A stretch of DNA of 64,000 nt from Candidatus Parcubacteria bacterium (GTDB taxonomy: Bacteria > Patescibacteriota > Saccharimonadia > UBA4664 > JBIOIQ01). The notes below the pieces were generated by a model, which did no database searches, was not told the origin of the DNA, and saw nothing but the letters and a program-made list of their open reading frames with translations. Made by a program: the position numbers and the translations under genes. The DNA lies in assembly GCA_963718875.1 (NCBI GenBank), contig OY970378.1:605373-669372 (forward strand). The letters are read 5' to 3'. Positions 29,922-40,227 of this stretch are shown here, piece by piece; the stretch's first letter is position 1; each line of letters starts with the position of its first letter.

Positions 29922-31076
29922 CTATTTTATTTGTTGTAGATTTGAAAATAGATTCTGCACAAAGTCTTTATAGCTTTGCTTGTCGCTATATTCTGGATTA
30001 TATGTAAATACTATCAAAGTCCCGTCTTTAACTGTAGAAGCACTAATATATCTTGAATTACTAAGATCATTAATTTCGCTATAATAAATATCTGGATTTG
30101 ATGGACTGATGTTTTGGCATGGCACTATGAATTTAGGATTACTGAAATAACTAGTTAGTTTAGCGACGCTAATACCGCAATCTATTTGCTTGCCATTAAT
30201 TGGAGCTTTAACTTCTGTTAGATTAATGGGACGTTTTTTTGTATCTGACTCTAGTGCTTTCATATATGTTAATTCAAGTGCCTGAGAGTTAAGTGAGCCT
30301 AAACTAATTGAATAATCATTGTAGCCCGTAGGGGTCATTTGCGGGGCATAGGCAGTGAAGTCAATTTTATTGATCAATTCAGTTTTGAGCTCAGCTTTCC
30401 TTTGGAGCTGACTTTTAATAATTTCTTTTTTTGCAGATTGGATATAAATAAAGCTTATGCCAATCAATAATGCGTAGATAATGGTCAGAACTAATAAAAG
30501 AAGCACTCTATTTAATGGTCTCCAGTTTACCCAAGTGTAAGTCATACCCATGACAACTAGTGGCATTAACAAACTTACCGGGTCTGGTATATTGGCTTGG
30601 CTAGATAAGCCAATAAGAGGAGCACCTATAAATAGAAGGACTACTACAAGCTTGAATGCATTTTTAACTTTGAGGAGTCGCATAAATAGAAAAAATGCAA
30701 CAAGCGTTATGACCGTCACTACTGCTAGGCTAAGGTAGGTATACAGGATGAAACAATTAAGACTACCCCAAGCTTCAGACTTATTCCGACAACTACCTAC
30801 TGAATTCCTCAGTGCATTAGTCGAAAGTAAGGACATTGAAAGAATTAGACTAACCGCTGAAGCCAAAAATGCTGCTCCAACAAAACGGATGAATCCCGAT
30901 AGTTGTGATGGTGATTTTGGGGTTTGTACCGAACCTAAATTAGGTATAATCGATTGGTCTACTTGAGTAGGATTGTTGAGTACAGGCCTGGTAACTTGTG
31001 CCTGCTGTATTGTACTACTGTGGTCTTGTGGGTTTATTTCTTGAAAAGGGCGATTATCCTGTTTGTCATTTTCCAT
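29922..31076 (-). CDS. Hypothetical polytopic membrane protein (384 aa), low-GC
   Basis: ORF with about 5 TM helices. No family recognised. Confidence 0.4.
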   Translation of the reverse strand: MENDKQDNRPFQEINPQDHSSTIQQAQVTRPVLNNPTQVDQSIIPNLGSVQTPKSPSQLSGFIRFVGAAFLASAVSLILSMSLLSTNALRNSVGSCRNKSEAWGSLNCFILYTYLSLAVVTVITLVAFFLFMRLLKVKNAFKLVVVLLFIGAPLIGLSSQANIPDPVSLLMPLVVMGMTYTWVNWRPLNRVLLLLVLTIIYALLIGISFIYIQSAKKEIIKSQLQRKAELKTELINKIDFTAYAPQMTPTGYNDYSISLGSLNSQALELTYMKALESDTKKRPINLTEVKAPINGKQIDCGISVAKLTSYFSNPKFIVPCQNISPSNPDIYYSEINDLSNSRYISASTVKDGTLIVFTYNPEYSDKQSYKDFVQNLFSNLQQIK

Positions 31077-31572
31077 TAGTTTATTTTAGCCTAAAGAGTT
31101 ATCATTGCATAATTTCCTTAGCTAGTCTTGGTAACCCCAAAATAAGCCAAAAGTCAAGATGAAATGTGCAGTTAGTACAGGCTTTAAAGATAAGATTTGG
31201 ACACAGTCCTCTACCGTAGATAATTTAGCCGAAAAACAGGCGTTGAGAGTAAGTTGAAGGATGCTTATTTATAGCTTTGATAAGCTATTAGCTTGTTTGT
31301 GATACGATGTCTTTATGAAACCCCGAAGACGAACTTAAGTGATATTGTTGTTATTATTACTGATTTTTAGCGATGCTGGTAACAATCTATTTCATAAATA
31401 GAAGCACTTATAAGCCTGACTGCAAGCCAGAACCTAGCCTTAGGTGTATTCCGTTAAGCCATGCAAGTATAAGTAGCTAACCATTAATAAGATCCAGCGA
31501 TGGGGAGTCAAAGGTTTTAAAAAAAACATTCGGACATGCTTTAATAATAATCTTTTCTGTTATGCTTCTGAT

Positions 31573-32325
31573 ATGGACTTAGAAAAAACTAGTCAAAGTT
31601 CCCAGCCGCCTCCTTTTCAAAGCACTGTTGTCTCCCAGGGCCCTAAGCATCGCAAGATACATATCGTGATTTTTTTGGCGGTTGTAGTCGTTGCGGCTGG
31701 CCTTATCTATCACTTTTTCATTGATGATGGTTTACCCTCAAGGGCTAATGCCGAGAAAGAAGTTAGAAAAACACTTGCGTTGCTAGAATCAGAAGATGAG
31801 GTAATTTTTGAAGAAATTAAAGTAGCTTGCGAAAAAGTTCCTGGTAAATCCTTTGATGGGCAGCCAGTTGCGTGTGGATATGAAGGTACAAAGTATTGGA
31901 TAACAAAAGGCAGTGACAAGCAGTTCATTAACCATGTCGTAGATAAATTAGTTAATCAAGAAATGTTGCTTAGCGAGTGCTTGCGAGCAAATGACAAAAG
32001 CATCGAATGTACAAAGAATTGGGTGGATGAGCTTGCTAGAGATAACCGACATATATTGTTTTATAAGAAGGATCCGAGGAGCGACTTTTCCCTATCTTTT
32101 GACATTAGACCTCCGGGTAGGAAAAAAGAAGCCGATCCGTTTGCTAACAGCGGAAGTAAAGACTCTTTGGCTTTGAAAAATCTTTTAAGTGAAGTTTATG
32201 AAAAAAATAACTTGGCTGATAAAGATAGTGGTAGGTATATATATGGGGTCACGTACACTGCGGTCTACTCGGTTAGTAAGCAAAATAGTGTTTCTCCTGA
32301 TAAGATCTATTATGAGCGGCCATAG
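31573..32325 (+). CDS. Hypothetical membrane-anchored protein (250 aa)
   Basis: ORF with one N-terminal TM. Confidence 0.4.
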   Translation: MDLEKTSQSSQPPPFQSTVVSQGPKHRKIHIVIFLAVVVVAAGLIYHFFIDDGLPSRANAEKEVRKTLALLESEDEVIFEEIKVACEKVPGKSFDGQPVACGYEGTKYWITKGSDKQFINHVVDKLVNQEMLLSECLRANDKSIECTKNWVDELARDNRHILFYKKDPRSDFSLSFDIRPPGRKKEADPFANSGSKDSLALKNLLSEVYEKNNLADKDSGRYIYGVTYTAVYSVSKQNSVSPDKIYYERP

Positions 32326-32470
32326 TCGAATCTTTTCGCCGTTACTACTCAGCCTGAATACATAAAGACAAGAAGATTTCTCTCAAGGCAGTCTGTGAAG
32401 ATGTATGGTGGCTAAAGAGAATTTAGGATTAACTCTTTACGTACAGCTTAATTATGGTATTATTATACAA

Positions 32471-33541
32471 ATGAACGATATTAATCAAATTTCCAATCGC
32501 ACAGTCTTTCGTATTTTAGCCTTAGCCACGGGGTTTGTGGCGCTTATATGGATTGTGTTTCATATGCAACACATACTGACGTGGCTTGCAATATCTTTCT
32601 TTTTGGCAGTTGCCATTAATCCGGCAGTTGAGTTTTTTGCAAAATATATGCCACGTAAAAGTCGCGCGTTAGCCGCTGGAGCTGTTTTTGCCCTAGTAAC
32701 AAGCGTATTTGTGTTTTTAATGGTGGCACTTGTACCGCCGTTGATTAGCCAAACGCAAGAACTAATTAAAAAAATTCCTGAGTTTTCTACCACTCTAGAA
32801 AAGTCCGATTTGCCCATTGCTGAACTTGCCCGTAAGTACAACATAGTTAGCCAAATTAAGGCCAATGAGTCGCGCATTGCCTCAGAAATTACTAAGCTGA
32901 GCGGCTCCGCGCTTGATTTAGCTCGGGTGGCTCTTAGCAGCTTTATAGCCACTATAACGGTAATGGTGCTAACATTTTTTATGCTTATAGAGGGACCTAA
33001 ATGGATTGCGACTTTGAGGAGACACCAAGGTCAAACTAATTTAGCTCGTAGCGATGACCTTATGGGTAAAATGTACAAAGCTGTAACTGGTTGGGTAACG
33101 GGAAACCTCTTAACTAGCTTAATAGCTGCCGTTACTACTACTTTAATGTTGTCTGTGCTACGAGTGCCATTCTCTATCCCTCTCGGGTTATTGATTGGTT
33201 TGTTTGACCTTATACCACTGGTGGGTGCAGCACTTGGGGCAGTTGTGGTTGTGGCAGTTTGCTTATTTAGCTCGGCTACAACCGCCCTAATAATGTTGGT
33301 ATATTTTTTGATATACCAACAGGTTGAAAACCATCTATTACAGCCTCTAATATATAGCCGTACTATCCAATTATCGCCGCTATTAGTTATGGTATCGGCC
33401 TTGATGGGGGCTGAACTGAGTGGTTTTGTAGGAGCTTTGGTGGCAATCCCTGTAGCCGCAAGTCTACAAATACTTGCCAAGGATTTGTTAAGTCGAAGAA
33501 AACTACGTGCAGCTAAAGCTAGCTCAGAACCAGCTAGCTAA
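32471..33541 (+). CDS. AI-2E family transporter (UPF0118/PerM-like)
   Basis: 8-TM pattern. NPAVEFFAKYMP...LIPLVGAALGAVVV. Start taken at MNDINQ (an alternative start is at 32405). Confidence 0.65.
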   Translation: MNDINQISNRTVFRILALATGFVALIWIVFHMQHILTWLAISFFLAVAINPAVEFFAKYMPRKSRALAAGAVFALVTSVFVFLMVALVPPLISQTQELIKKIPEFSTTLEKSDLPIAELARKYNIVSQIKANESRIASEITKLSGSALDLARVALSSFIATITVMVLTFFMLIEGPKWIATLRRHQGQTNLARSDDLMGKMYKAVTGWVTGNLLTSLIAAVTTTLMLSVLRVPFSIPLGLLIGLFDLIPLVGAALGAVVVVAVCLFSSATTALIMLVYFLIYQQVENHLLQPLIYSRTIQLSPLLVMVSALMGAELSGFVGALVAIPVAASLQILAKDLLSRRKLRAAKASSEPAS

Positions 33542-33644
33542 GTCGTTTTAGCCTCTCTTTCGTCTCTGACATTGAGAGAATTATTAGCTTCGTCCACAAT
33601 TAGGATGGATGGGTGGTTTTTAAAAAAATTCACCTGCTGTTTTG

Positions 33645-35063
33645 CTAAATTTTTTTGCGTCTCCAGCGCGGGCCATGAGGGGTGTCGTTGACTTCTATGC
33701 CTAGTTTCATCAGCTCTTTACGAAAAACATCGGCTTGTTTAAAGTTCTCTTGTAACCGAACTTCTTCACGAGAGGCAATAATTTGCCTGGTTTCATCGTC
33801 TATATCATTGCGTTTGGTCAGATTTAACCCTAGCATTTGATCAATACTAACGAGGGCGTCTTTAAACTCTTCGAGGTCGCGTTCGGGCAGGGGGGCTTTT
33901 TGCATCCAATCAACCAATTGACTCAAAGCGGCTATAGCGGTAGGACTGCCTAGATCGTCGTCAAGGGCCTCAGTCATGCTTTTGAGCGTTCCTCTGAGTC
34001 GATTAGTGAAGTCGGGGTTAGAGGCGCCGGGAGAGGCCTGAAATTGCAGGTCAGACCAGCTATATAGACGTAAAAGAAAGTTTTGTGCTGCTCGGAGTGA
34101 CGACCAGGTGAAGTTTAATTCTGAGCGATAATGCGCTTGAAGTACTAATAAGCGAAAAGCTAAAGGGCTGTAATCTTTTCTAGTAAGGTCGGCTAAGGTA
34201 AAGAAGTTTTCGAGCGATTTGGCCATTCTTTGGCCGTCAACTAAAATAAATTCTGCGTGAGCCCACACGTTAGACAGAGGTGCGCTATTAGCTGATTCAC
34301 TTTGAGCGATTTCGTTAGTATGATGGGTGCCAATTAAATCCACACCTCCGGTATGTATGTCTATGGTACTCCCCAAGGCGGCTTTTATAATAGCAGAACA
34401 TTCGATGTGCCAGCCAGGAAAGCCTTCTCCCCAAGGGCTAGCCCATCGCATGGAGTGGTCTTTAAAATGTTCCACTGTAAAAAACCACACTGCAAAATCA
34501 TACGGATGGCGTTTGTCACTGTCAGTTTTTACTTCTGGCCTAGCTCCTACCTCTTTTTCAGATAGTTTTTGGCCAGTTAACTTACCATAATCCGGGGTTT
34601 TGGTGACGTCGAAATAAATGGCTTGCTTTGTTTGATAAACAAAATCTTTGTCCATAAGTTCTTTGACCATCTGTATCTGATTTTCAATATAATCAGTAGC
34701 TTTTTCTAACTTTGTAGCGGGAATTATATTAAGCTTAGAGAGATCATTTTTAAATGCCTCAGTATAGTACTCGGCTACCTCCCAAACTGTTTTACCTTCC
34801 CGCGCAGCGCCCTTTTCAAGTTTATCTTCGCCCTCATCCGAGTCGCTTACTAAATGACCTACATCTGTGACATTCATGACATGTTGAACCTGGTAATGCT
34901 GTTCTAGGGTGCGACGCAAGGTGTCGTTAAAGATATTTGTTCGTAAATTGCCTAAGTGAGCATAGTTGTAGACGGTTGGACCGCAGGTATAGAGTTTAAT
35001 CTGTCCTGGCGTGATAGGTTCGAGATCGACTTTGTTTCGCGATAAAGTGTTAAAAAGTTTCAT
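33645..35063 (-). CDS. cysS: Cysteinyl-tRNA synthetase
   Basis: CGPTVYNYAHLGNLRT (HIGH). KMAKSLENF (KMSKS). Cys-ligand WHIECS. Confidence 0.9.
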   Translation of the reverse strand: MKLFNTLSRNKVDLEPITPGQIKLYTCGPTVYNYAHLGNLRTNIFNDTLRRTLEQHYQVQHVMNVTDVGHLVSDSDEGEDKLEKGAAREGKTVWEVAEYYTEAFKNDLSKLNIIPATKLEKATDYIENQIQMVKELMDKDFVYQTKQAIYFDVTKTPDYGKLTGQKLSEKEVGARPEVKTDSDKRHPYDFAVWFFTVEHFKDHSMRWASPWGEGFPGWHIECSAIIKAALGSTIDIHTGGVDLIGTHHTNEIAQSESANSAPLSNVWAHAEFILVDGQRMAKSLENFFTLADLTRKDYSPLAFRLLVLQAHYRSELNFTWSSLRAAQNFLLRLYSWSDLQFQASPGASNPDFTNRLRGTLKSMTEALDDDLGSPTAIAALSQLVDWMQKAPLPERDLEEFKDALVSIDQMLGLNLTKRNDIDDETRQIIASREEVRLQENFKQADVFRKELMKLGIEVNDTPHGPRWRRKKI

Positions 35064-36091
35064 TACTGTAGGAGAGGGGTAATTATTTTTACTAGTTCAG
35101 CTTTGACGTCGTCGGGCTCGCGTCCTTCTACTGTGCACCCGGCTGCTTGATCGTGACCTCCTCCACCGAAGTGTTCGGCAGCTTTGGCGGCAATTGGGGT
35201 GTTGGCACGCATGGAAATCTTGATTTTGCGCCCATATGCTTCGGAATCATAGTTGCGCAAGATTGCAGCTATCTGGACCCCTTTAACAGTACGCATTTCT
35301 TGATTGATCAGGTCGGCTGGGTCATGTCGCTCAGCGTAGGATTTAAGCTCAGTGGGGTTGATAACGGCTATAGCAATTCGACCTTCGGCATAATATTCAA
35401 CGCGTTGTAATAATTCACCCTTGTATTTAAGTAGGTCCGGTTCGAGAGCTCCGGCAATCTCTCGTCTGCGTCTCAGCTCACTTAAATCCACACCTGTGCG
35501 GACCATTTGAGCCACAGCATCGACCGTTTCGGCCGTAGTGGTGGGCGTGGACAAACCCAGGGTATCAGCCATAATGGCCGGAACAATGGCTTTGGCGGCT
35601 TGTTCATTTATGGTCCAGCCAAGTTGATTGCAGATTTTTACTAACAGTTCCCCCGTAGCTGCTGTGCCAGGATCAATAACATCGATACTGGGAAATGCCA
35701 TTGGTTTTCTAGTTTTGTGGTGGTCTAGAATGACAAACGGCTTACTTTGTAGAGCTGTTCCGTGTTTGGCTAGAGTTCGCTCCATTTGCTGAGGGTCACC
35801 AAAGTCGACGGCTACGGTAATATCAAAATCTGCTGGGAACTCGTCGCTGACTCGGTCCCAGCCGTCAAATATGCGCAAATAGGTTGGTACAGGGTCTTTA
35901 CAATACATAACGACCTCTTTACTGAGATCCCCCAATATCTCTTCAAGTGCTAAACTCGCACCAATGCTGTCGGTGTCAGGCTTTTCTGGTTGGAGAACCA
36001 AGATTTTTTGAGACCTGGCCACGAGCTTTTCGAACTGAGCGATGGCTGTTTCAATTTCGGTTATTGCTTGGGTAGGTGTAGGGTTATTCAA
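35063..36091 (-). CDS. DHH/DHHA1 phosphoesterase (NrnA-like)
   Basis: DHH motif ILDHHK. DHHA1 motif GGGGH. Confidence 0.75.
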   Translation of the reverse strand: MNNPTPTQAITEIETAIAQFEKLVARSQKILVLQPEKPDTDSIGASLALEEILGDLSKEVVMYCKDPVPTYLRIFDGWDRVSDEFPADFDITVAVDFGDPQQMERTLAKHGTALQSKPFVILDHHKTRKPMAFPSIDVIDPGTAATGELLVKICNQLGWTINEQAAKAIVPAIMADTLGLSTPTTTAETVDAVAQMVRTGVDLSELRRRREIAGALEPDLLKYKGELLQRVEYYAEGRIAIAVINPTELKSYAERHDPADLINQEMRTVKGVQIAAILRNYDSEAYGRKIKISMRANTPIAAKAAEHFGGGGHDQAAGCTVEGREPDDVKAELVKIITPLLQ

Positions 36092-36686
36092 AGGATTGTC
36101 TTCCTTGTAAGGCGCGGCCTAATGTTATCTGATCAGCATACTCTAAATCGCCGCCTACGGGAAGTCCCCTAGCTAAGCGAGAAACCTTTATAGGCGAGTC
36201 TTCAAGTTGTTTGCGGATATATAGAGCAGTGGCCTCGCCTTCTGTAATGGGGTTGGTGGCTAAAATTAATTCTTCTATACTGCCATTTTCTAACCTTCTA
36301 AGCAGGGCTGAAATTGTTAGTTCATCTGGTCCTATACCATCAAGAGGCGAAATTACTCCACCCAGCACGTGGTACAAGCCGTTGTATTGGCCAGTTTTTT
36401 CAATAGCCACGACGTCTAAAGGTTCTTCTACAACAGCAATGATGGTTTGGTCTCGTTTGGTACTAGCGCAAATTTCACATTGGTGATTTTCTGACAGATT
36501 GTGGCAGGTGTGGCAAAATTTAATAGACCCGTGCAAATTTAGCAAAGCCTGGCCAAGCTGTTCGCTGGCTTGTGGTTGGCTTTTGAGTAGGTAAAACGTT
36601 AAACGCTCAGCACTCCGAGGGCCGATTCCAGGTAGCCGAGCAAACTCTTCAATTACCTGGCGGATTGATTTGGGGATCAGTTGCAT
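36084..36686 (-). CDS. recR: Recombination protein RecR
   Basis: LPGIGPRSAERL HhH motif. C4 zinc finger CHTCHNLSENHQCEIC. Toprim. Confidence 0.9.
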   Translation of the reverse strand: MQLIPKSIRQVIEEFARLPGIGPRSAERLTFYLLKSQPQASEQLGQALLNLHGSIKFCHTCHNLSENHQCEICASTKRDQTIIAVVEEPLDVVAIEKTGQYNGLYHVLGGVISPLDGIGPDELTISALLRRLENGSIEELILATNPITEGEATALYIRKQLEDSPIKVSRLARGLPVGGDLEYADQITLGRALQGRQSFE

Positions 36687-36823
36687 TAGCAATCTCCAAG
36701 AGACAAGATGCAAGATACAAACAAGCCACAAGTTTCAAACCCTAAATTCCAGACATCATTTGGCATTTGGCTATTGGTGCTTGAGTATTGTTTGGTCATT
36801 GTTCTTGTAGCTTGTATTCTTTG

Positions 36824-37105
36824 CTAGAGTCCGGGCAGCCCTAAGCCACCAGCAACAGACTTCATTTTGTCCGCGGCAACTTGTTGGGATCGTGTGATGG
36901 CTTGTGACACGGCGGATTCAATGTTTTTTTCTAGGTGGTCGATGTCGTCCAGATCAATCTTGGAGCGATCAAGCTTTATTTCCTTAATCTTTTGCTCTCC
37001 ATTAATCCTAACTGTAACCGCTCCCGCTTCAATTTCGATCATTTCCTTTGCCAAGGCGGACTGAATTTTTTTTAGTTCAAAAATGGCTTTGGCTTTATCA
37101 AACAT
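36824..37105 (-). CDS. ybaB: Nucleoid-associated protein YbaB/EbfC
   Basis: 93 aa. ...SVAGGLGLPGL C-terminus and family pattern. Confidence 0.85.
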   Translation of the reverse strand: MFDKAKAIFELKKIQSALAKEMIEIEAGAVTVRINGEQKIKEIKLDRSKIDLDDIDHLEKNIESAVSQAITRSQQVAADKMKSVAGGLGLPGL

Positions 37106-37202
37106 CTGGATTCTCCCATTACATTAGACCTATTTTATACGAATTTTGCCTTGAGTGATAGACGTGAGGGGTTATGGCTTTGTTCACTAAAATGAAAACA
37201 GC

Positions 37203-37560
37203 CAGACTTTTAAGTAATGTGAATGGATCTCTAAACAGCTCACGGTGGCCCTTCCTTGATTTGTAACTCTCTAATAATGTCGGAATCATCACAAGTACCA
37301 TCTCTATAAGTATCTAACATATGAGCTCTTAGCTGGACCTCTTGCACCTTCTAAGTATTTTATATCACCAAAAGTAATAATATATTAGTACTTTTGGTGA
37401 TATAAAATGGCTAGAGGATTAAGCCTCCAGGAGGGGTAGGAATACAGTTTTTAAAAAGATGCCACACAGACACTAACTAAAAGAAGCATTTGCGAGTTAG
37501 CTACGAACTAAATCGTAGATTGTTTCGCTTTAATGTAATAAACCAAGCGTTATATTAAAC
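37203..37560 (+). repeat. Copy 1 of a ~300-nt non-coding direct repeat (two conserved modules; carries an extra 52-nt perfect hairpin insert)
   Basis: Aligns with 42296-42597. Shared blocks: acttttaagtaat...tggatct(c/t)taa...aatg(t/c)cgg(-/g)aatcatca...atctcta(t/a)aagtatct(a/t)(a/c)cat and aca(g/a)tttttaaaaagatgccaca...taaaagaagcatttgcgagttagct...(a/g)atcgtag. Confidence 0.6.
37357..37408. repeat. Perfect 20-bp-stem hairpin (attttatatcaccaaaagta / tacttttggtgatataaaat, 12-nt loop) inserted in repeat copy 1 only
   Basis: Read directly. Absent from copy 2. Confidence 0.7.
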
Positions 37561-37595
37561 GAGGCGAGTTGAGATAGAGCGATGAAAAATCGCTT

Positions 37596-39455
37596 ATGCT
37601 ATACTTTAAAAATCTAAATACCCTTTTTTTTATGCCAACTGTTTTTCAAATAATAAAACGCTATCACTATGCCATAGTTGGTGGTTTACTATGTCTAATG
37701 TTTGGTCTTGGCGTAACAAGTATGTCGCATGACTCGGCTATAATTGACGAAATTGCACACATACCCGCAGGGTATATAAACCTTCATTATGGTGATTATC
37801 GTCTTAACCCTGAACACCCTCCGTTAATTAAAGCTTTGTCGGCTGTACCACTGCAGTTTATGAAGCTAGTTTTTCCGCTTAATATTGCTGCCTGGACTAC
37901 GGACGTAAACGGGCAATGGGAAAGTGGTTGGCATTTTTTGTATCACGAAGGCAATAATGCTGATAAGATCTTATTTTTTTCTCGGCTACCAATTTTACTT
38001 TTGTCGGTTGCGTTTGCGGCTTTGTTCTATGAAATAATTCGTCGTAATTTTGGCATGGCGGTTGGGCTTATAGCGGTGTTTTTGTATTCGCTTGAGCCTA
38101 ATATCCTAGCTCATTCACGTCTAGTAACAACTGACATTGGGGTTACAGTGTTTACGTTTTTGGCTGTTTATAGTTTTGTAAAATTTCTACAAAAACCGAC
38201 ATTCAAAGCAGGAGTCGTAGCAGCAATGTTTCTAGCTGTTGCCCAATTATCAAAATTCTCAGCTGTTATTTTAGTGCCGCTATACATTGGGTTGGCCATA
38301 ATTGCAGTTATTTGCTGGGACAAGCCCGATCAATGGCAGAAACGTTTTAAGGTTTTTGGATTGGGGTTTGTCGGTATCGGTCTTGCAGCTTTAGTAATGG
38401 TTTGGTTGGTTTACGTGCCACTAACTATAAATATGCCGGAAGCTGTTCAGCAAAAGCTGGTAGAAGGGTCGCTGACTAAAGGGTGGGCGCGTGATATTGG
38501 TCTGACTATCGTGGGATATAACCATATCCCAGGTGTAAAAGCTATTGTGCAGTATATTCTAGGGGTATTGATGGTGATAGGTCGTGTCGGGGGTGGGAAC
38601 ACGACCTATTTCTTAGGGACTGTAAGTAACCAGAGTTTTGTTTGGTTCTTTCCTCTAACATATCTTATAAAAACTCCTATCCCTCTTTTGATACTTATTA
38701 TTACTGCACTTTACTTGGGGGCAATAAAGTATTTAAAAAATCGGCCGTTTAAGGTTTGGTCACATTTTAGGCAATTTGCACAAAAACATTTTTTGCGTTT
38801 AGCAGCTTTGTTATATGTGATAATTTATGCTTTTACCTCAATTTCGGGTAATCTTAATCTCGGTATACGTCATCTTTTGTCCATGTTTCCTTTTATTTTG
38901 ATGCTGGTAGCTTATTCGAGCGTTACTCTGGTGCGCAAAACGAAGCTTAAACGTGTGTGGGTGGTGAGTATAACTGTGTTTTTGACGGGATATTATGCTT
39001 TAGCAAATCTTTTAACCCACCCTTCTTACATTGCCTACTTTAACGAGTTAATTGGTGGTCCGGGAAATGCTTACAAATACGTGACTGATTCTAGCATAGA
39101 CTGGGGTCAAGATTTGTTAAGGTTGCGAGATTATGTAGATAAAAACAATATAGAGAAAATTGCGGTTGATTATTTTGGTGGGGGTGAACCCAAATATTAC
39201 TTCTGTGAGCGGAAGTATAGTCCTGATCGGAGCTTAATTAAAAATGCTAGTGGTTATGACTGCAGCCACTCGCCGTATGTTGAATGGCATGCCCAAAACG
39301 GTCTGTATAGAGGCTATATGGCTATTTCGGAGACCTTCTTAATGAATGACTTGTATTATGCTCCATTTAGGGGTGATATTGGTTATAGTGCTCTACGCCA
39401 GATGCTCCCAATAGCAAAAATCGGCAACTCAATTTACGTTTATAAGATCCCATGA
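37596..39455 (+). CDS. GT-C fold glycosyltransferase, family-39 (PMT/ArnT-like) protein
   Basis: About 11 TM helices. Loop-1 motif DEIAHIPAGY...NPEHPPLIKAL, typical of polyprenol-phosphate-dependent GT39-like enzymes. Confidence 0.6.
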   Translation: MLYFKNLNTLFFMPTVFQIIKRYHYAIVGGLLCLMFGLGVTSMSHDSAIIDEIAHIPAGYINLHYGDYRLNPEHPPLIKALSAVPLQFMKLVFPLNIAAWTTDVNGQWESGWHFLYHEGNNADKILFFSRLPILLLSVAFAALFYEIIRRNFGMAVGLIAVFLYSLEPNILAHSRLVTTDIGVTVFTFLAVYSFVKFLQKPTFKAGVVAAMFLAVAQLSKFSAVILVPLYIGLAIIAVICWDKPDQWQKRFKVFGLGFVGIGLAALVMVWLVYVPLTINMPEAVQQKLVEGSLTKGWARDIGLTIVGYNHIPGVKAIVQYILGVLMVIGRVGGGNTTYFLGTVSNQSFVWFFPLTYLIKTPIPLLILIITALYLGAIKYLKNRPFKVWSHFRQFAQKHFLRLAALLYVIIYAFTSISGNLNLGIRHLLSMFPFILMLVAYSSVTLVRKTKLKRVWVVSITVFLTGYYALANLLTHPSYIAYFNELIGGPGNAYKYVTDSSIDWGQDLLRLRDYVDKNNIEKIAVDYFGGGEPKYYFCERKYSPDRSLIKNASGYDCSHSPYVEWHAQNGLYRGYMAISETFLMNDLYYAPFRGDIGYSALRQMLPIAKIGNSIYVYKIP

Positions 39456-39467
39456 TTTTTTCGTTTG

Positions 39468-40226
39468 CTACTTTTTGGCTTTGGAAGGTTGATAGATAAA
39501 TGTTTTGTCGCGGTAACGCCCATTAGCTGCATTCCAGCGAATTGTAATCATATCCAGGAACATAGCGACTGAAGTCTTGAGAGCCGATTCCCCTACTAGT
39601 CCATCTTGCTTAAACTCCTGCCAGTCGTCGGCTGGGAAGGTCTCGATTGAATACCCTAGCCGTTTTGCAATAAGAAGAAGTTCCATGTCGAATGCCCAGC
39701 CGACTGTAATTTGGCGTCCAAAAATTTCGGCTGATGCCTGAGCTTCAAAAACCTTGAAGCCGCATTGGGTGTCCTTTATCCCCGGAACAATTAGTGTCTG
39801 CGTTAACAGGTTACCAAACTCAGATAAGTATTTACGCAAGCCTTTGTGGGTAGAGTTGATGTTCCTGACTGCGATTCCCACTTTGGCTCCTTGATCTATA
39901 AGCCTAGCAACGTCATCAAGGTGGTGTAAGGGAGTGGCTAAATCGGCATCCATAAATAGCTTATATCGTCCTTTGGCTTCAAACATGCCAGCACGTACTG
40001 CCCCACCTTTGCCGGCTCGTTTGCCTAGTTCTATCACACGGAAATTCTGAAAATATTGAGCGTCATGTTTGGCGACTGCAGCAGTGTCGTCGTCGCTTTG
40101 GCTTACAACCAGAACTTCCACAGTGCCATAATGGTGGGTTTTTAAATAAGTTGCCAGCTGTCGCAAACTGCTTTCGATTCGCTCAGCCTCATGGTAGACG
40201 GGTATAATGATACTTAGATCAATCAT
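39468..40226 (-). CDS. GT2 polyprenol-phosphate glycosyltransferase (Dpm1/GtrB-like)
   Basis: LSIIIPVYHE...DADL...QCGFK GT-A motifs. Start taken at MIDLS to abut the upstream gene. Confidence 0.8.
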   Translation of the reverse strand: MIDLSIIIPVYHEAERIESSLRQLATYLKTHHYGTVEVLVVSQSDDDTAAVAKHDAQYFQNFRVIELGKRAGKGGAVRAGMFEAKGRYKLFMDADLATPLHHLDDVARLIDQGAKVGIAVRNINSTHKGLRKYLSEFGNLLTQTLIVPGIKDTQCGFKVFEAQASAEIFGRQITVGWAFDMELLLIAKRLGYSIETFPADDWQEFKQDGLVGESALKTSVAMFLDMITIRWNAANGRYRDKTFIYQPSKAKK

Positions 40227-40227
40227 T

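Noticed and set aside
37106-37595. SRP (4.5S) RNA, expected by analogy with the ffs-dnaX-ybaB-recR arrangement in Firmicutes
   Set aside because: No domain-IV consensus (GGTCCGGAAGGAAGCAGCC-like) on either strand of this region or upstream of dnaX (45438-45540).
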